This document shows, one piece after another, positions 1-10,184 of a stretch of DNA of 64,000 nucleotides (its first letter is position 1; each line of letters starts with the position of its first letter). Under the pieces are notes generated by a model. It did no database searches, was not told where the DNA came from, and was given only the letters and a program-made list of their open reading frames with translations. Made by a program: the position numbers and the translations under genes. The stretch is from Spirochaetaceae bacterium. GTDB lineage: Bacteria; Spirochaetota; Spirochaetia; Treponematales; Breznakiellaceae. The stretch spans positions 986-64,985 of the forward strand of contig JAITER010000020.1 in assembly GCA_031281945.1 (NCBI GenBank), read 5' to 3'.

Positions 1-52
1 GCGTAACGCCGCCTAAACGTGAGTCGCAACCGGAATGTGTTATGCGGCGGCA

Positions 53-1435
53 TTATTTTATGTTAAAATAAAATTTATTCAGGTATGCTATACGTTTTGC
101 GGCTTCTTCGTAGTATATGCTTTGGGGGAAATTGTTTGTGATTGACGAGTATGCGGCCATGCTTTTTTTTATATTTCTAAGCGGTCCGGCGGCTTCAAAA
201 GATTTACCTTGCAGGTACAAGGCTTTATCATTCCAGTCCGCCGTTTCGCCTAATTTTGCGAGAGATTCAAGCGCGCCTGATATATCTCCCGAATTATAGG
301 CCGCCTCCGCTTCTTTTAGAACGGCTTCTTCGTCCAACTCTTCCGTCTGCGGAAGCGAGTCTGTATTTTCATCCTCAAAAAAACGCTCCGTAGAGTAAGC
401 GTTCAAATCTCCTGAAGCGTTTACGCCCGAAGCGGCGGCGGGGGTGAAATCCGCTGTTTCGGGCGGGGCTGAGGCGGCGCCGCTGGGTTTCGCGGGAAGT
501 TGGGGCGGCGAGGAGGGGTTGTAATCGTTTGGCGGCCACCGTGGAGCGGCTGCAACCCGCGTTCCCGCGTCAAATTCGTTTTCGCTAGAGGGATATACAA
601 CCACTAAAACCGAGTCTTCAATTTCATAGCCGTTATAAAAATCATGTTTGGAGAAATTTAAAGTATAATTTCCGGGGCTTTCCGGTTTAAACAAGAAAGT
701 TTGTCCCAAAGAGTCCAGTTTGCGCGAATCAAAGTTTATGCCTTGTTTTAAGCCGTTTTCGCCCAAATACACCCAGCCGGTTCCTGTAAACGGCACTTCC
801 AGCATTTGCCCGGCGTGGAGCCGGACGGTTCGTGATGGCGCGGGTTTTTCGGCGCTTACCGTTTCCGCGGGCAATTTCGCCGCGCTTCTTTTGGTTAAAA
901 CCGCAGGTTGCGGGGGCTGATAATTCACGACTTTTTCAGAAGGCGTTACGTTAAGCGGCGGCGCCGGTCTTTGGGCTGGAGGCGCCGGCGGCGTAGTTGT
1001 TGGGGCGGTTGCGGGAACTTCTTTTGGAGTTGGATTTAAAGGAACGGCGGGCGGTTCTTCTTTTGTTGCTGGTTCTTCTTTTGGGGGCGGTTCTTCCGCG
1101 ACAACAGCGGGTTCTTCAACTTCCGTTTTTTCGACAACGGCTAGTTCGGGAGGGTTTTCCGTTTCAGGCGCTTCTTCGCCGGCATAATATGGCGGGTCGG
1201 GCAAGTTCAAGTCCAGCGGAGCGTCAATATAGGCGGTGGTTTCTTCGGCGGAAAGCGTTACGCCGGGAAAGTCTTCCGAAATCACCGTTAGGCTTGGTTC
1301 AGGCTGTTCGTTTTGCGCGGGGAGATGAGACGCCTCCGGCAGGCTTTTGCAGGAGGCCGCGCACAAAAAAACGCAGGTGCAGGCGCATAGAGCCGCCGTC
1401 AAATTTAACGCCTTACGAAAAAGCGTGAATTTCAC
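53..1435 (-). CDS. Putative lipoprotein with Pro/Glu-rich linker and C-terminal TPR-like region
   Basis: 460-aa ORF. N-terminal signal peptide ends in a lipobox-like LCAASC. A long P/E/A-rich low-complexity linker follows. The C-terminal ~90 aa looks TPR/YbgF-like (AEAAYNSGDISGALESL...ALYLQGKSFEAAG). Its start overlaps the stop of the upstream ORF by 4 nt. Confidence 0.6.
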   Translation of the reverse strand: MKFTLFRKALNLTAALCACTCVFLCAASCKSLPEASHLPAQNEQPEPSLTVISEDFPGVTLSAEETTAYIDAPLDLNLPDPPYYAGEEAPETENPPELAVVEKTEVEEPAVVAEEPPPKEEPATKEEPPAVPLNPTPKEVPATAPTTTPPAPPAQRPAPPLNVTPSEKVVNYQPPQPAVLTKRSAAKLPAETVSAEKPAPSRTVRLHAGQMLEVPFTGTGWVYLGENGLKQGINFDSRKLDSLGQTFLFKPESPGNYTLNFSKHDFYNGYEIEDSVLVVVYPSSENEFDAGTRVAAAPRWPPNDYNPSSPPQLPAKPSGAASAPPETADFTPAAASGVNASGDLNAYSTERFFEDENTDSLPQTEELDEEAVLKEAEAAYNSGDISGALESLAKLGETADWNDKALYLQGKSFEAAGPLRNIKKSMAAYSSITNNFPQSIYYEEAAKRIAYLNKFYFNIK

Positions 1436-1851
1436 GGCACGTTCTCCAAAAGTTTATCTATTGATTTTTCCACATTGTTAAGTAAAACTTCTTTATCTGT
1501 TTCCAGGGAAGGATCAATCCAGTATTCTTGGGCTTTTTCACTAGTCCATACAGCGGACGGCTCCCGTTTTAGAAGCGCTTTCGGCAAAAAATCAGGTTCT
1601 TCCAAAATAAAGATTTCAACATCTTCTATTTTTTTTGTTTCCGCTTTGGAAATTGCGGGGAGTTCGCGGGATTCTTTTTTATTTTGCGATATTTTTACAA
1701 AAAAGACAGTCGCCGCAGGCACGGCCGCCGAAAGGGCCGCGAACAATAAAACGCAAAAACGGACGGTTGGCAAGGCCCAAAATCGTTTTAATAAAGCCGC
1801 CGGAATAGAAAAAATATGCTGTAATTTTTTTGCCGCATCACGCAAGCCCAC
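1432..1851 (-). CDS. Hypothetical membrane-anchored protein
   Basis: 139-aa ORF with one hydrophobic helix (FCVLLFAALSAAVPAATVFFV). It is translationally coupled to the downstream lipoprotein gene. I recognise no family. Confidence 0.45.
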   Translation of the reverse strand: MGLRDAAKKLQHIFSIPAALLKRFWALPTVRFCVLLFAALSAAVPAATVFFVKISQNKKESRELPAISKAETKKIEDVEIFILEEPDFLPKALLKREPSAVWTSEKAQEYWIDPSLETDKEVLLNNVEKSIDKLLENVP

Positions 1852-1965
1852 AGGCGCATTTTAGCGGAAAACAGCTTTCTAATGCTAGATGAGGCTGTTT
1901 TAAGCAGGCGTACTTTAATCAAGCGGCGTTATTGGTTTATAATTTCAAGGTTTATTCAGGAGAAG

Positions 1966-2487
1966 ATGATGTTGATGAAAAAACACGTTTTAGCGGTTTT
2001 GGTGGAAAACCGCGCGGGCGCTCTTAGCAGAGTGTCCGGTCTTTTTAGCCGCCGCGGGTTTAACATAGACAGTCTTACCGTAGGGGAAACCGAAAATCCG
2101 GCTGTTTCCCGCATGACCATAGTGGCGGAGGGGGACGACGCCGCTTTGGAGCAAATAATCAAGCAGTTGGACAAGCTGGTGGATGTAATAGTTGTGCGGG
2201 GTCTTAGCGGCGCCTCATATATAAAACGCGAAATTATGCTGGTAAAGGTTCAAGCGGACGAAAAAAACCGGTCGAACATAGTGGAGATAGCCGCTATATT
2301 CCGTTCGCGTATTATAGACATATCGCCTACAACAATAACGATGGAGGCTACAGGCAGCATGGAAAAAATCGACAGTTTTCTGCAACTTTTGCGGCCTTAC
2401 GGCGTTTTGGAAACCGCGCGCACTGGTTCAGTTGCGCTGGAGCGCGGGAGCAGCGTACTGACCGTAGACGCGCCGCCTCAAAGTTAA
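1966..2487 (+). CDS. ilvN: Acetolactate synthase small (regulatory) subunit
   Basis: ACT-domain N-terminus HVLAVLVENRAGALSRVSGLFSRRGFNIDSLTVGETE is typical of IlvN/IlvH. AGGAG at 1958-1962. The start is ATG 1966, 1969 or 1975; the ORF-track start at 1882 is probably too far upstream. Confidence 0.85.
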   Translation: MMLMKKHVLAVLVENRAGALSRVSGLFSRRGFNIDSLTVGETENPAVSRMTIVAEGDDAALEQIIKQLDKLVDVIVVRGLSGASYIKREIMLVKVQADEKNRSNIVEIAAIFRSRIIDISPTTITMEATGSMEKIDSFLQLLRPYGVLETARTGSVALERGSSVLTVDAPPQS

Positions 2488-2548
2488 TGGGTGTTGCGCG
2501 TTGTAAAGTTTAAAGTTTTTTTCCGAATAATTAAAAAGAGAGGGCTTT

Positions 2549-3895
2549 GTGAATAACATTTCAAAACAACTGGAACTTTCCGCTCTTGCTGTGCCGGAAA
2601 TACTGCTTCCGGCGAAAAGCAACGACATAAAAACCTGGTCTGTTGTAGCTTGCGATCAGTTTACACAAAACCGTGATTTTTGGAGCAAACTCGAAAAATC
2701 CATCGCTAAAGCGCCGTCTACGCTTAATCTTATTTTTCCGGAAGTGTATCTGGAAGACGGGGATAAAGAAGAGCGCATCAAAAACATACACGAAACAATG
2801 AGGCAATATCTTTTTGATGAGCGCGAAACGGTGTTTTCCAAACCTTGGCGCGCGGGCGTCTTTGTTAAGCGGGCTACGCACAGCGGAACCCGGCTGGGCA
2901 TGGTCGCTTTAATAGACCTGGAAAAGTACGATTGGAATACCGGCGCCAAAACCATGATACGTCCCAGCGAGCGCACAATAGAGGAACGTCTGCCTGTGCG
3001 CATGGAAATTAGGCGCAACGCGCCGTTGGAACTGCCGCACATCATTTTGCTTATAGATGATGAAAACAACATGCTTTTTCCGTTGCTGGAAAAACTAACG
3101 CGGGGGCAAGAGTGCATCTACAATTGCGGTTTGCAGTCTGGCGGGGGCTCTATACAGGGGCATTTGCTGTGCCGCAATACTGATTGGTCTCTTATAGCCG
3201 GATTTTTTACATATTTTTACAGGCAGGCCGTAACAAAATACGGCGAGGAAGACGCTTTTTTATTCGCGGTGGGAGACGGCAACCATTCCTTGGCTTCGGC
3301 TAAAGCCGTGTGGGAAGAATATAAAAAAGCTCACAGTGAGGACCAGGATTTAATGGAGCATCCCGCGCGCTGGGCTATGGTGGAAATTGAAAACGTACAC
3401 GATGGAGCTATAGCTTTTGAGCCCATACACCGGTTGCTTTTGGGCGTAAAGCGTGAAAATTTGATAAACGCTCTAAAAAAGTTGCCGGATGCGGTTTGTA
3501 AAGAAGTTCAAAATCAGGAAGCCGCCCTTGCCCTGGTAAACGAAAAAGATTCAGGGGGCAACCGTTACGGGCTTATCACAAAAGACCAGACTTTTGTTTT
3601 TGAAACCTCGGATGTGAAAACAGCTACAGTCGCGCTTGATCCGTTGCTGGCCGAAGCTCTTGAACAAAGCGCGGGTGGAAAAATTGATTATGTTCACGAA
3701 TGGAAAGCCCTGTTGGAGGCTGTAAATAAAAATGAAGCGGAAGATGCGTCCGGCATTTTGTTGCCGCCGTTTAACAGGTACACGCTTTTTAAAACAATAT
3801 CAGAAAGCGGGCCTTTACCGCGTAAAAGTTTTTCTATGGGAGCCGCTTTGGAAAAACGGTATTACCTGGAAGCCCGCCGTCTTTTCGCGGTTTAA
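2549..3895 (+). CDS. DUF1015 family protein
   Basis: 448 aa with a GTG start after AGAGAGGG. WSVVACDQFTQ near the N-terminus matches the conserved ACDQ(Y/F)T motif I associate with DUF1015. The size is typical for that family. Confidence 0.65.
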   Translation: MNNISKQLELSALAVPEILLPAKSNDIKTWSVVACDQFTQNRDFWSKLEKSIAKAPSTLNLIFPEVYLEDGDKEERIKNIHETMRQYLFDERETVFSKPWRAGVFVKRATHSGTRLGMVALIDLEKYDWNTGAKTMIRPSERTIEERLPVRMEIRRNAPLELPHIILLIDDENNMLFPLLEKLTRGQECIYNCGLQSGGGSIQGHLLCRNTDWSLIAGFFTYFYRQAVTKYGEEDAFLFAVGDGNHSLASAKAVWEEYKKAHSEDQDLMEHPARWAMVEIENVHDGAIAFEPIHRLLLGVKRENLINALKKLPDAVCKEVQNQEAALALVNEKDSGGNRYGLITKDQTFVFETSDVKTATVALDPLLAEALEQSAGGKIDYVHEWKALLEAVNKNEAEDASGILLPPFNRYTLFKTISESGPLPRKSFSMGAALEKRYYLEARRLFAV

Positions 3896-3900
3896 CGGCG

Positions 3901-3951
3901 CTTTTTTCACGCGGCGCTAAATCGCGCTTTCTAAACGCCGCGTGAAAAAAG
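3901..3951. terminator. Bidirectional intrinsic terminator between the convergent DUF1015 and atpD genes
   Basis: Perfect 16-bp inverted repeat: cttttttcacgcggcg (3901-3916) pairs with cgccgcgtgaaaaaag (3936-3951). The arms carry T-runs on both strands. Confidence 0.65.
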
Positions 3952-3961
3952 CGTTTCTTTA

Positions 3962-5356
<1,395 letters not shown>

Positions 5357-5622
5357 TTAGAGAATTTGTAGAAAACTGCTTAAATTATTAAAGAGTAATT
5401 TTCCATACGATTATTATAATAGATGTAAGCGGGCCGCCTCTAGGTATGACGCATAAAAACAAAAGACTAATAAAAACATAATATTTATTTATAGTTATAT
5501 TTTTAGGCTTAAAAGTAGATTGCGGACGCATAGACGGGCGGTTTTAGTATTGTAAAATAAACGCTGTGAATCGCCGGACGTTGCGTAAAGTAGTGTGCTA
5601 TGGAAGAAATTGGGGATATAAA

Positions 5623-5670
5623 GCGTGGAAAGGCGAACAAGGCCGTTAAACCTTTTTCACCTTTCCACGC
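5623..5670 (-). terminator. Possible terminator hairpin downstream of the ABC transporter operon
   Basis: 11-bp inverted repeat gcgtggaaagg / cctttccacgc with a long loop, directly after the permease stop codon. On the minus strand it is followed by TTTAT. Confidence 0.35.
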
Positions 5671-5687
5671 ATAGTTAGCAAGTCTTA

Positions 5688-6539
5688 TTATTCTTTTACA
5701 CCGCCGGAGGCTACTCCGGAGATGATGTACCTGGACATTAGCGCGTAAAAAATGAGTATGGGTACAATGGAGACGGCTATACCTAAATATATGCCGCCGT
5801 ATTCAGTGCGGTAGATGTCGCCGCGCAAGGCCTGAACAAGCATGGGCAACGTGTATTTTTTTTGTGATGAAATCAATACGAAAGGCGTAAAAAAGTTGTT
5901 CCACGAAGCCACAAACGCGAAGATCGCCTGAGCGGAAAGCGCCGGAGTAAGAACCGGCAACACTATCATATTGAAGGTGCGCAGTTCTCCGGCTCCGTCC
6001 ATGCGGGAGGATTCAATTAATTCCTTTGGAAGCATAGATTGCATATACTGCCGTATGAACATAACCGTACTCGCCGCGCAAACTGCTGGAATGATAAGCG
6101 GAATAAAGTTGTCCAAAAGCCGCATACGGGACATAAACTGGTAAAATCCTATGAAAGAAAGAGACGCCGGCAACATCATAATTATTAAAATCGCCGACCA
6201 CAAAATCTTTTTTCCTTTAAAGTTGTAGATGTGTATACCGTAAGCCGTCATCGCGGAAAAATAAACGGTTAAAAATGTGGAAATCACGGCTATAAAGGCG
6301 CTGTTAAAAAAACCTTGTTTTATCTGAAAACCGCGGCTTGTAAGGGCGTTCCAGTTGTAACTTAGGTTGGATCCAGGAAAAAGCGAAATTCCGGCGTTTA
6401 TTTGCTCCGTGCTGCGAGTGGCGTTTATAATCATAAGATAAATAGGAACTACCGCAAGCAGAGTAAGAAAAGCCATCGCAATGTAAATAAAAAACCGCCG
6501 CGTATTTAAATACGCGCTGTATGTTTGCTGTTTTTTCAT
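5688..6539 (-). CDS. Carbohydrate ABC transporter permease (MalG-like)
   Basis: 283 aa with about 6 TM segments. EAA-type loop ESSRMDGAGELRTFNMIVLPVLTPAL. Overlaps the upstream permease gene by 4 nt. Confidence 0.85.
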   Translation of the reverse strand: MKKQQTYSAYLNTRRFFIYIAMAFLTLLAVVPIYLMIINATRSTEQINAGISLFPGSNLSYNWNALTSRGFQIKQGFFNSAFIAVISTFLTVYFSAMTAYGIHIYNFKGKKILWSAILIIMMLPASLSFIGFYQFMSRMRLLDNFIPLIIPAVCAASTVMFIRQYMQSMLPKELIESSRMDGAGELRTFNMIVLPVLTPALSAQAIFAFVASWNNFFTPFVLISSQKKYTLPMLVQALRGDIYRTEYGGIYLGIAVSIVPILIFYALMSRYIISGVASGGVKE

Positions 6540-7504
6540 TTAGCCGCCTCCTTTTTTAGTTCGTTTCTATCTTTCATAAACGAAAAAATCAGCAGCGCAA
6601 GCAATCCGGTTATTATGAATAAACCGATTGATATACAAGCCGCATAGGCGTAGTCGTTAGCCCCCTGAAAAGCCATGTTGTAGAGGTATACATTGGTGGT
6701 TCTTATGCTGTAATCGGGAGCGCCGCGCATATCGGTTAACAAGAACGGGACTTCCAGCATCTGCATACCGCCTATCATTGATGTAATCAAGGTGTACAGC
6801 ATGATTGGCTTTAACAGCGGCAACGTTATATGCCACGTGGTTTGCCTGCTGTTGGCGCCGTCTATAACAGCCGCCTCGTACAGGCTGGAGGGAATGCTCG
6901 TTATGCCGGCCATTAACAGAATCACCGTTTGCCCGTACCACATCCACCACTGAATAAACGAAACTATACTTCGTGAAGCCGTTACGCTTCTAAAGAAGTT
7001 GAACGCTTCTTTTATGGTTTCGCCGTCCCTGACTGTTTCCGCGAAAATTCCCAGCGACTGCAAAAACTGATTTACAGGCCCTACGGGGTAGTAAAACAAG
7101 CTGCGGAACAGCATGGCGACCGAAGCCGCGGTGAGCAGGTTGGGAAGATATATAAGGGCCCGCACCGGGTTTCTAAATTTAAGCTTTAACTGGACGTCGG
7201 AAAACCATATAGCAAGAACTAAAGCTATGCCCAATTGCGGCACAAAATTCATGCCCCATATAATAAAGGTGTTCTTAACCGCGCCCCAAAAGAATTTGTC
7301 GGTGACAAGCCTCTGGAAATTGGCCAAACCCACAAAAGCGGGATCAGTTTTAAAACCTTTTAGGTCGGTGAACGCTAAATACAGCGTGCTTAATGTTGGA
7401 TATAGATTGAAAAGGCAGTATACCACTATAAAAGGCAGAACGAAAAAATAGCCCCATTTTTGAAGCTTTGATTCGTTGCCGCCTATACGCGCCGGTTTTG
7501 CCAT
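6536..7504 (-). CDS. Carbohydrate ABC transporter permease (MalF-like)
   Basis: Multi-TM protein. N-terminus LQKWGYFFVLPFIVVYCLFNLYPTLSTLYLAFTD and loop YEAAVIDGANSRQTTWHITLPLLKP are typical. ATG at 7504 is preceded by AAGGAG, and I prefer it to the ORF-track start at 7552. Confidence 0.85.
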   Translation of the reverse strand: MAKPARIGGNESKLQKWGYFFVLPFIVVYCLFNLYPTLSTLYLAFTDLKGFKTDPAFVGLANFQRLVTDKFFWGAVKNTFIIWGMNFVPQLGIALVLAIWFSDVQLKLKFRNPVRALIYLPNLLTAASVAMLFRSLFYYPVGPVNQFLQSLGIFAETVRDGETIKEAFNFFRSVTASRSIVSFIQWWMWYGQTVILLMAGITSIPSSLYEAAVIDGANSRQTTWHITLPLLKPIMLYTLITSMIGGMQMLEVPFLLTDMRGAPDYSIRTTNVYLYNMAFQGANDYAYAACISIGLFIITGLLALLIFSFMKDRNELKKEAAK

Positions 7505-7565
7505 GTTTGTGCTCCTTTTACAAAAAAAAGCCGGACGCGCTTTTACGCGCAAACCGGCTTTTCGG

Positions 7566-8828
7566 TTACAAGCCGAGCTGGGCGTTTACCTGGTCTTTGA
7601 ACGCGGTAATAGCCTCGTCTCTTGTTTTTTCACCGTTTACGAATGAAGTGAACGTTTCTACAAAGATAGACTCAATCGCCTGGTCTGTGCCTTGCGTCTT
7701 GGTTCCGTCTATTTTAGGAGCCATTTCGGCGAACGCCGCATAGTGGTTTTGCCCGCCAAGGAAAGGTTCTGAAAAGTTATTTTTGATTTTTTCGATTACA
7801 TTGGTGTTGCCGACAAAATCACCTGAATCAGTAGCGTATTCTTCGATGACCTCATCGTCCGTGGTTAAAATCCTGATGAATTCTTTCGCGGCCTCTGGAT
7901 TCTTGGTTTTTTTCCAGGCCCCTATCCAGGTTCCGCCCCAGCGGTATGGAAGCGGGCCGGGTATCATAGCCCAGTCGCCGGCTGTGTCTTTAGCGTTTTC
8001 TTTAAGAACATAATGAAGGCCCCAGGTGGGAAGGAACACGGAGAAAACTTCTACGGGGTTTCCTTTTTCATCTTTAAGCGAGCCGTTCATGCCGGCGAAC
8101 CAGCCTTCCGACCACTGCCCTACGCGGCCTTCCTGCCCTTTGTCGTGAAGCGTTTTGGCTACGTCCATAAATTGATACATGGAATTGTCTATTACAAGTT
8201 TGCCGTCCACAACCCAGGGTTGCTGGCGCGCTCCCTGGAACGGCTTAAACAGGTCTTGAATCGCCGATATTACAACGCAAGCGCCATTTGAATCATTTTT
8301 TAATTTTTCCGCGGACGCCAAAAAAGCGTTTACATCGGTAAAATGTTTTTGGATTTCCGCCGGATCGTCCGTTCCGAAATATTTTTTGGCTAAACTACGC
8401 CGGTAGAACATCGCGCCCGGCGCGGCCTGCCAGGAAAAAGCGTACACTTTACCGTCCGCGCTTCCAATTTCCATTGGATACCCAAGCATTTTGTCCTTCA
8501 CTTCTAAGTAAAGGTCCGTGATGTCAAGCATCATGCCGGATTCTACGTATTTGCGGACGAAAGTGTCTTCCAGCGCAAAAACGTCCGGAGCGCCCTGACC
8601 TGATTGCAGAACAGGATCCAGTTTGTTTGGAAACTGCTCGGTTGGAGTGAGCGAATACTCCACGGTTATTTCAGGATGGCGGGGCTGGTAGTATTTTTCG
8701 TTCATTTTTCCTACTTCATCGGTAAACGACCATACTACAAGTTTGTTCCCGGCTTCTTCGTTTTTCTTTGTACACCCCGCGCTTAAAAGCACGCACGCGG
8801 CGGCGAACAACAACACAATCTTCTTCAT
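7566..8828 (-). CDS. ABC transporter sugar-binding lipoprotein
   Basis: 420 aa with lipoprotein signal MKKIVLLFAAACVLLSAGC. Family-1 solute-binding-protein-like sequence. It is the first gene of the SBP-permease-permease operon. No ATPase gene is adjacent. Confidence 0.85.
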   Translation of the reverse strand: MKKIVLLFAAACVLLSAGCTKKNEEAGNKLVVWSFTDEVGKMNEKYYQPRHPEITVEYSLTPTEQFPNKLDPVLQSGQGAPDVFALEDTFVRKYVESGMMLDITDLYLEVKDKMLGYPMEIGSADGKVYAFSWQAAPGAMFYRRSLAKKYFGTDDPAEIQKHFTDVNAFLASAEKLKNDSNGACVVISAIQDLFKPFQGARQQPWVVDGKLVIDNSMYQFMDVAKTLHDKGQEGRVGQWSEGWFAGMNGSLKDEKGNPVEVFSVFLPTWGLHYVLKENAKDTAGDWAMIPGPLPYRWGGTWIGAWKKTKNPEAAKEFIRILTTDDEVIEEYATDSGDFVGNTNVIEKIKNNFSEPFLGGQNHYAAFAEMAPKIDGTKTQGTDQAIESIFVETFTSFVNGEKTRDEAITAFKDQVNAQLGL

Positions 8829-9154
8829 TAGTTGACCTCCAGGTAATAATTAATGTAACTTTACTATTTTTAGTAAAAGCTTTCTAGTCTAAGCTCGTAT
8901 GACGTTAGGCGGCTGGGCCGGTTTTCGTGTTGAAAACCATGCAAAACCTTGAATTCCGGCGAATTCGCAAACCCTCTTTTTAGCGGCCGCTTTTTTAAGG
9001 TAGCATGATTTCGCCGTGAAGCCGCCCGTCTTCCGCGAAATTCTGTTCTTGCAATTGCAACAGGCTTCCCGCCGCGGGCCGCCGGCTTTTTGCGGCGTTT
9101 ACAAACGGTTTTGGTTGAAATAAAAACGCGATTGACGAATGATAGGAGGTTTCT

Positions 9155-9958
9155 GTGTTGGAATTGCCGGACGTCACCCTTGTGGCGTTGACCAGTATAA
9201 ATATTTTTGAAACGGTTTGCGCCATGAAGTATAGCATGAGAGAAATAGAATTCGGCGACAGAGTTTTTATTTCCCATAAAAAACCGTTTTATCTTCCAGA
9301 AAACATTAGATTTGAGAAAACCGGGAAATTAAAAACGATAGACGATTATAATTATAAAATGTTATTTGAGGTTTATAAATATATAAACACTAAATTTATA
9401 TTGATAGTGCATTACGATGGTTTTGTAATTCATCCTGAAATGTGGCGCCCTGAATTTTTAGATTTTGATTATGTTGGTTCGCCGTGGCCGCCCCTGGATT
9501 ATTTAAAAGACGATTACGGCGATTTTGTGCGTGTAGGCAACGGGGTGTCGTTGCGCTCGCGGAAGCTTCTTGAACTGCCGTCCAAATTAAACATACCGTT
9601 TAAGCGCGGAGAGGGGGCTGTAAATAACGAAGACTCGTTTATTTGCGTAAGGTTCAGGCGGACTATGCTTGAACACGGAATAAAGTACGCGCCGATTGAA
9701 ACGGCCGCGCGTTTTGGGCGTGAAGAGACGCTGCCGGAAACAAAAGACGCCGTTCCCTTTCTTTTTCATAAATGGAGCGGCCTTAATAAAAATTACAAAT
9801 GTTTTGGATTGCGCAGGATTTTTTATTTTTTTGAAACCACACAAGCTTTAATAGAGTCAAAAATAATAAATGTTAGGAACCGTGTCGGGCGGCGCGGGTG
9901 GAAAAAAGCGCTGGATCATTATTTTAATAAATACATAAAAAGTAAAATTAAAAAATAA
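9155..9958 (+). CDS. DUF5672-like protein (putative glycosyltransferase-related)
   Basis: 267 aa with a GTG start 5 nt after AGGAGG. ILIVHYDGFVIHPEMWRPEFLDFDYVGSPWPP resembles the DUF5672 signature (DG...W...DYIGAPW). The gene body is visibly AT-richer than its neighbours. Confidence 0.55.
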   Translation: MLELPDVTLVALTSINIFETVCAMKYSMREIEFGDRVFISHKKPFYLPENIRFEKTGKLKTIDDYNYKMLFEVYKYINTKFILIVHYDGFVIHPEMWRPEFLDFDYVGSPWPPLDYLKDDYGDFVRVGNGVSLRSRKLLELPSKLNIPFKRGEGAVNNEDSFICVRFRRTMLEHGIKYAPIETAARFGREETLPETKDAVPFLFHKWSGLNKNYKCFGLRRIFYFFETTQALIESKIINVRNRVGRRGWKKALDHYFNKYIKSKIKK

Positions 9959-10184
9959 TACGGCGCAAAACGGGCTGGCGGACAGCCCAATCTTTAGGCC
10001 GGGGTTAAAATCCCTTAACCGCCATGTTTTAAGGTTTAACGGCTGAATTCGCGGGGTTTGATAAACCTGTCGCGGCTAAAACAAGCCGTTAAAATCCCGC
10101 CAAACCTTGGTTTTTTCTAATTTGCGGGAACTTTTCGGGCCGGGCGTGTTGCGAATAGAGCTTAAAATCATTATCTTTTACGAT

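Noticed and set aside
5440-5456. Shared 12-mer tatgacgcataa at 5444 and again at about 63221 as a possible regulator binding site.
   Set aside because: There are only two copies, the sequence is not palindromic, and both lie in AT-rich sequence where chance matches are plausible.
8870-9277. 135-aa minus-strand ORF in the divergent region between the ABC operon and the DUF5672-like gene.
   Set aside because: It overlaps the well-supported GTG start and SD of the DUF5672-like gene. It encodes a basic, low-complexity peptide, has no SD, and has no family resemblance.
9155-9958. Mobile element or genomic island call for the AT-rich segments at 9.2-9.96 kb, 22-23.6 kb and 62.8-63.25 kb.
   Set aside because: I found no integrase, transposase, flanking direct repeats or tRNA-adjacent junctions. 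The composition shift alone is insufficient, so it is mentioned only as a hint in the findings.
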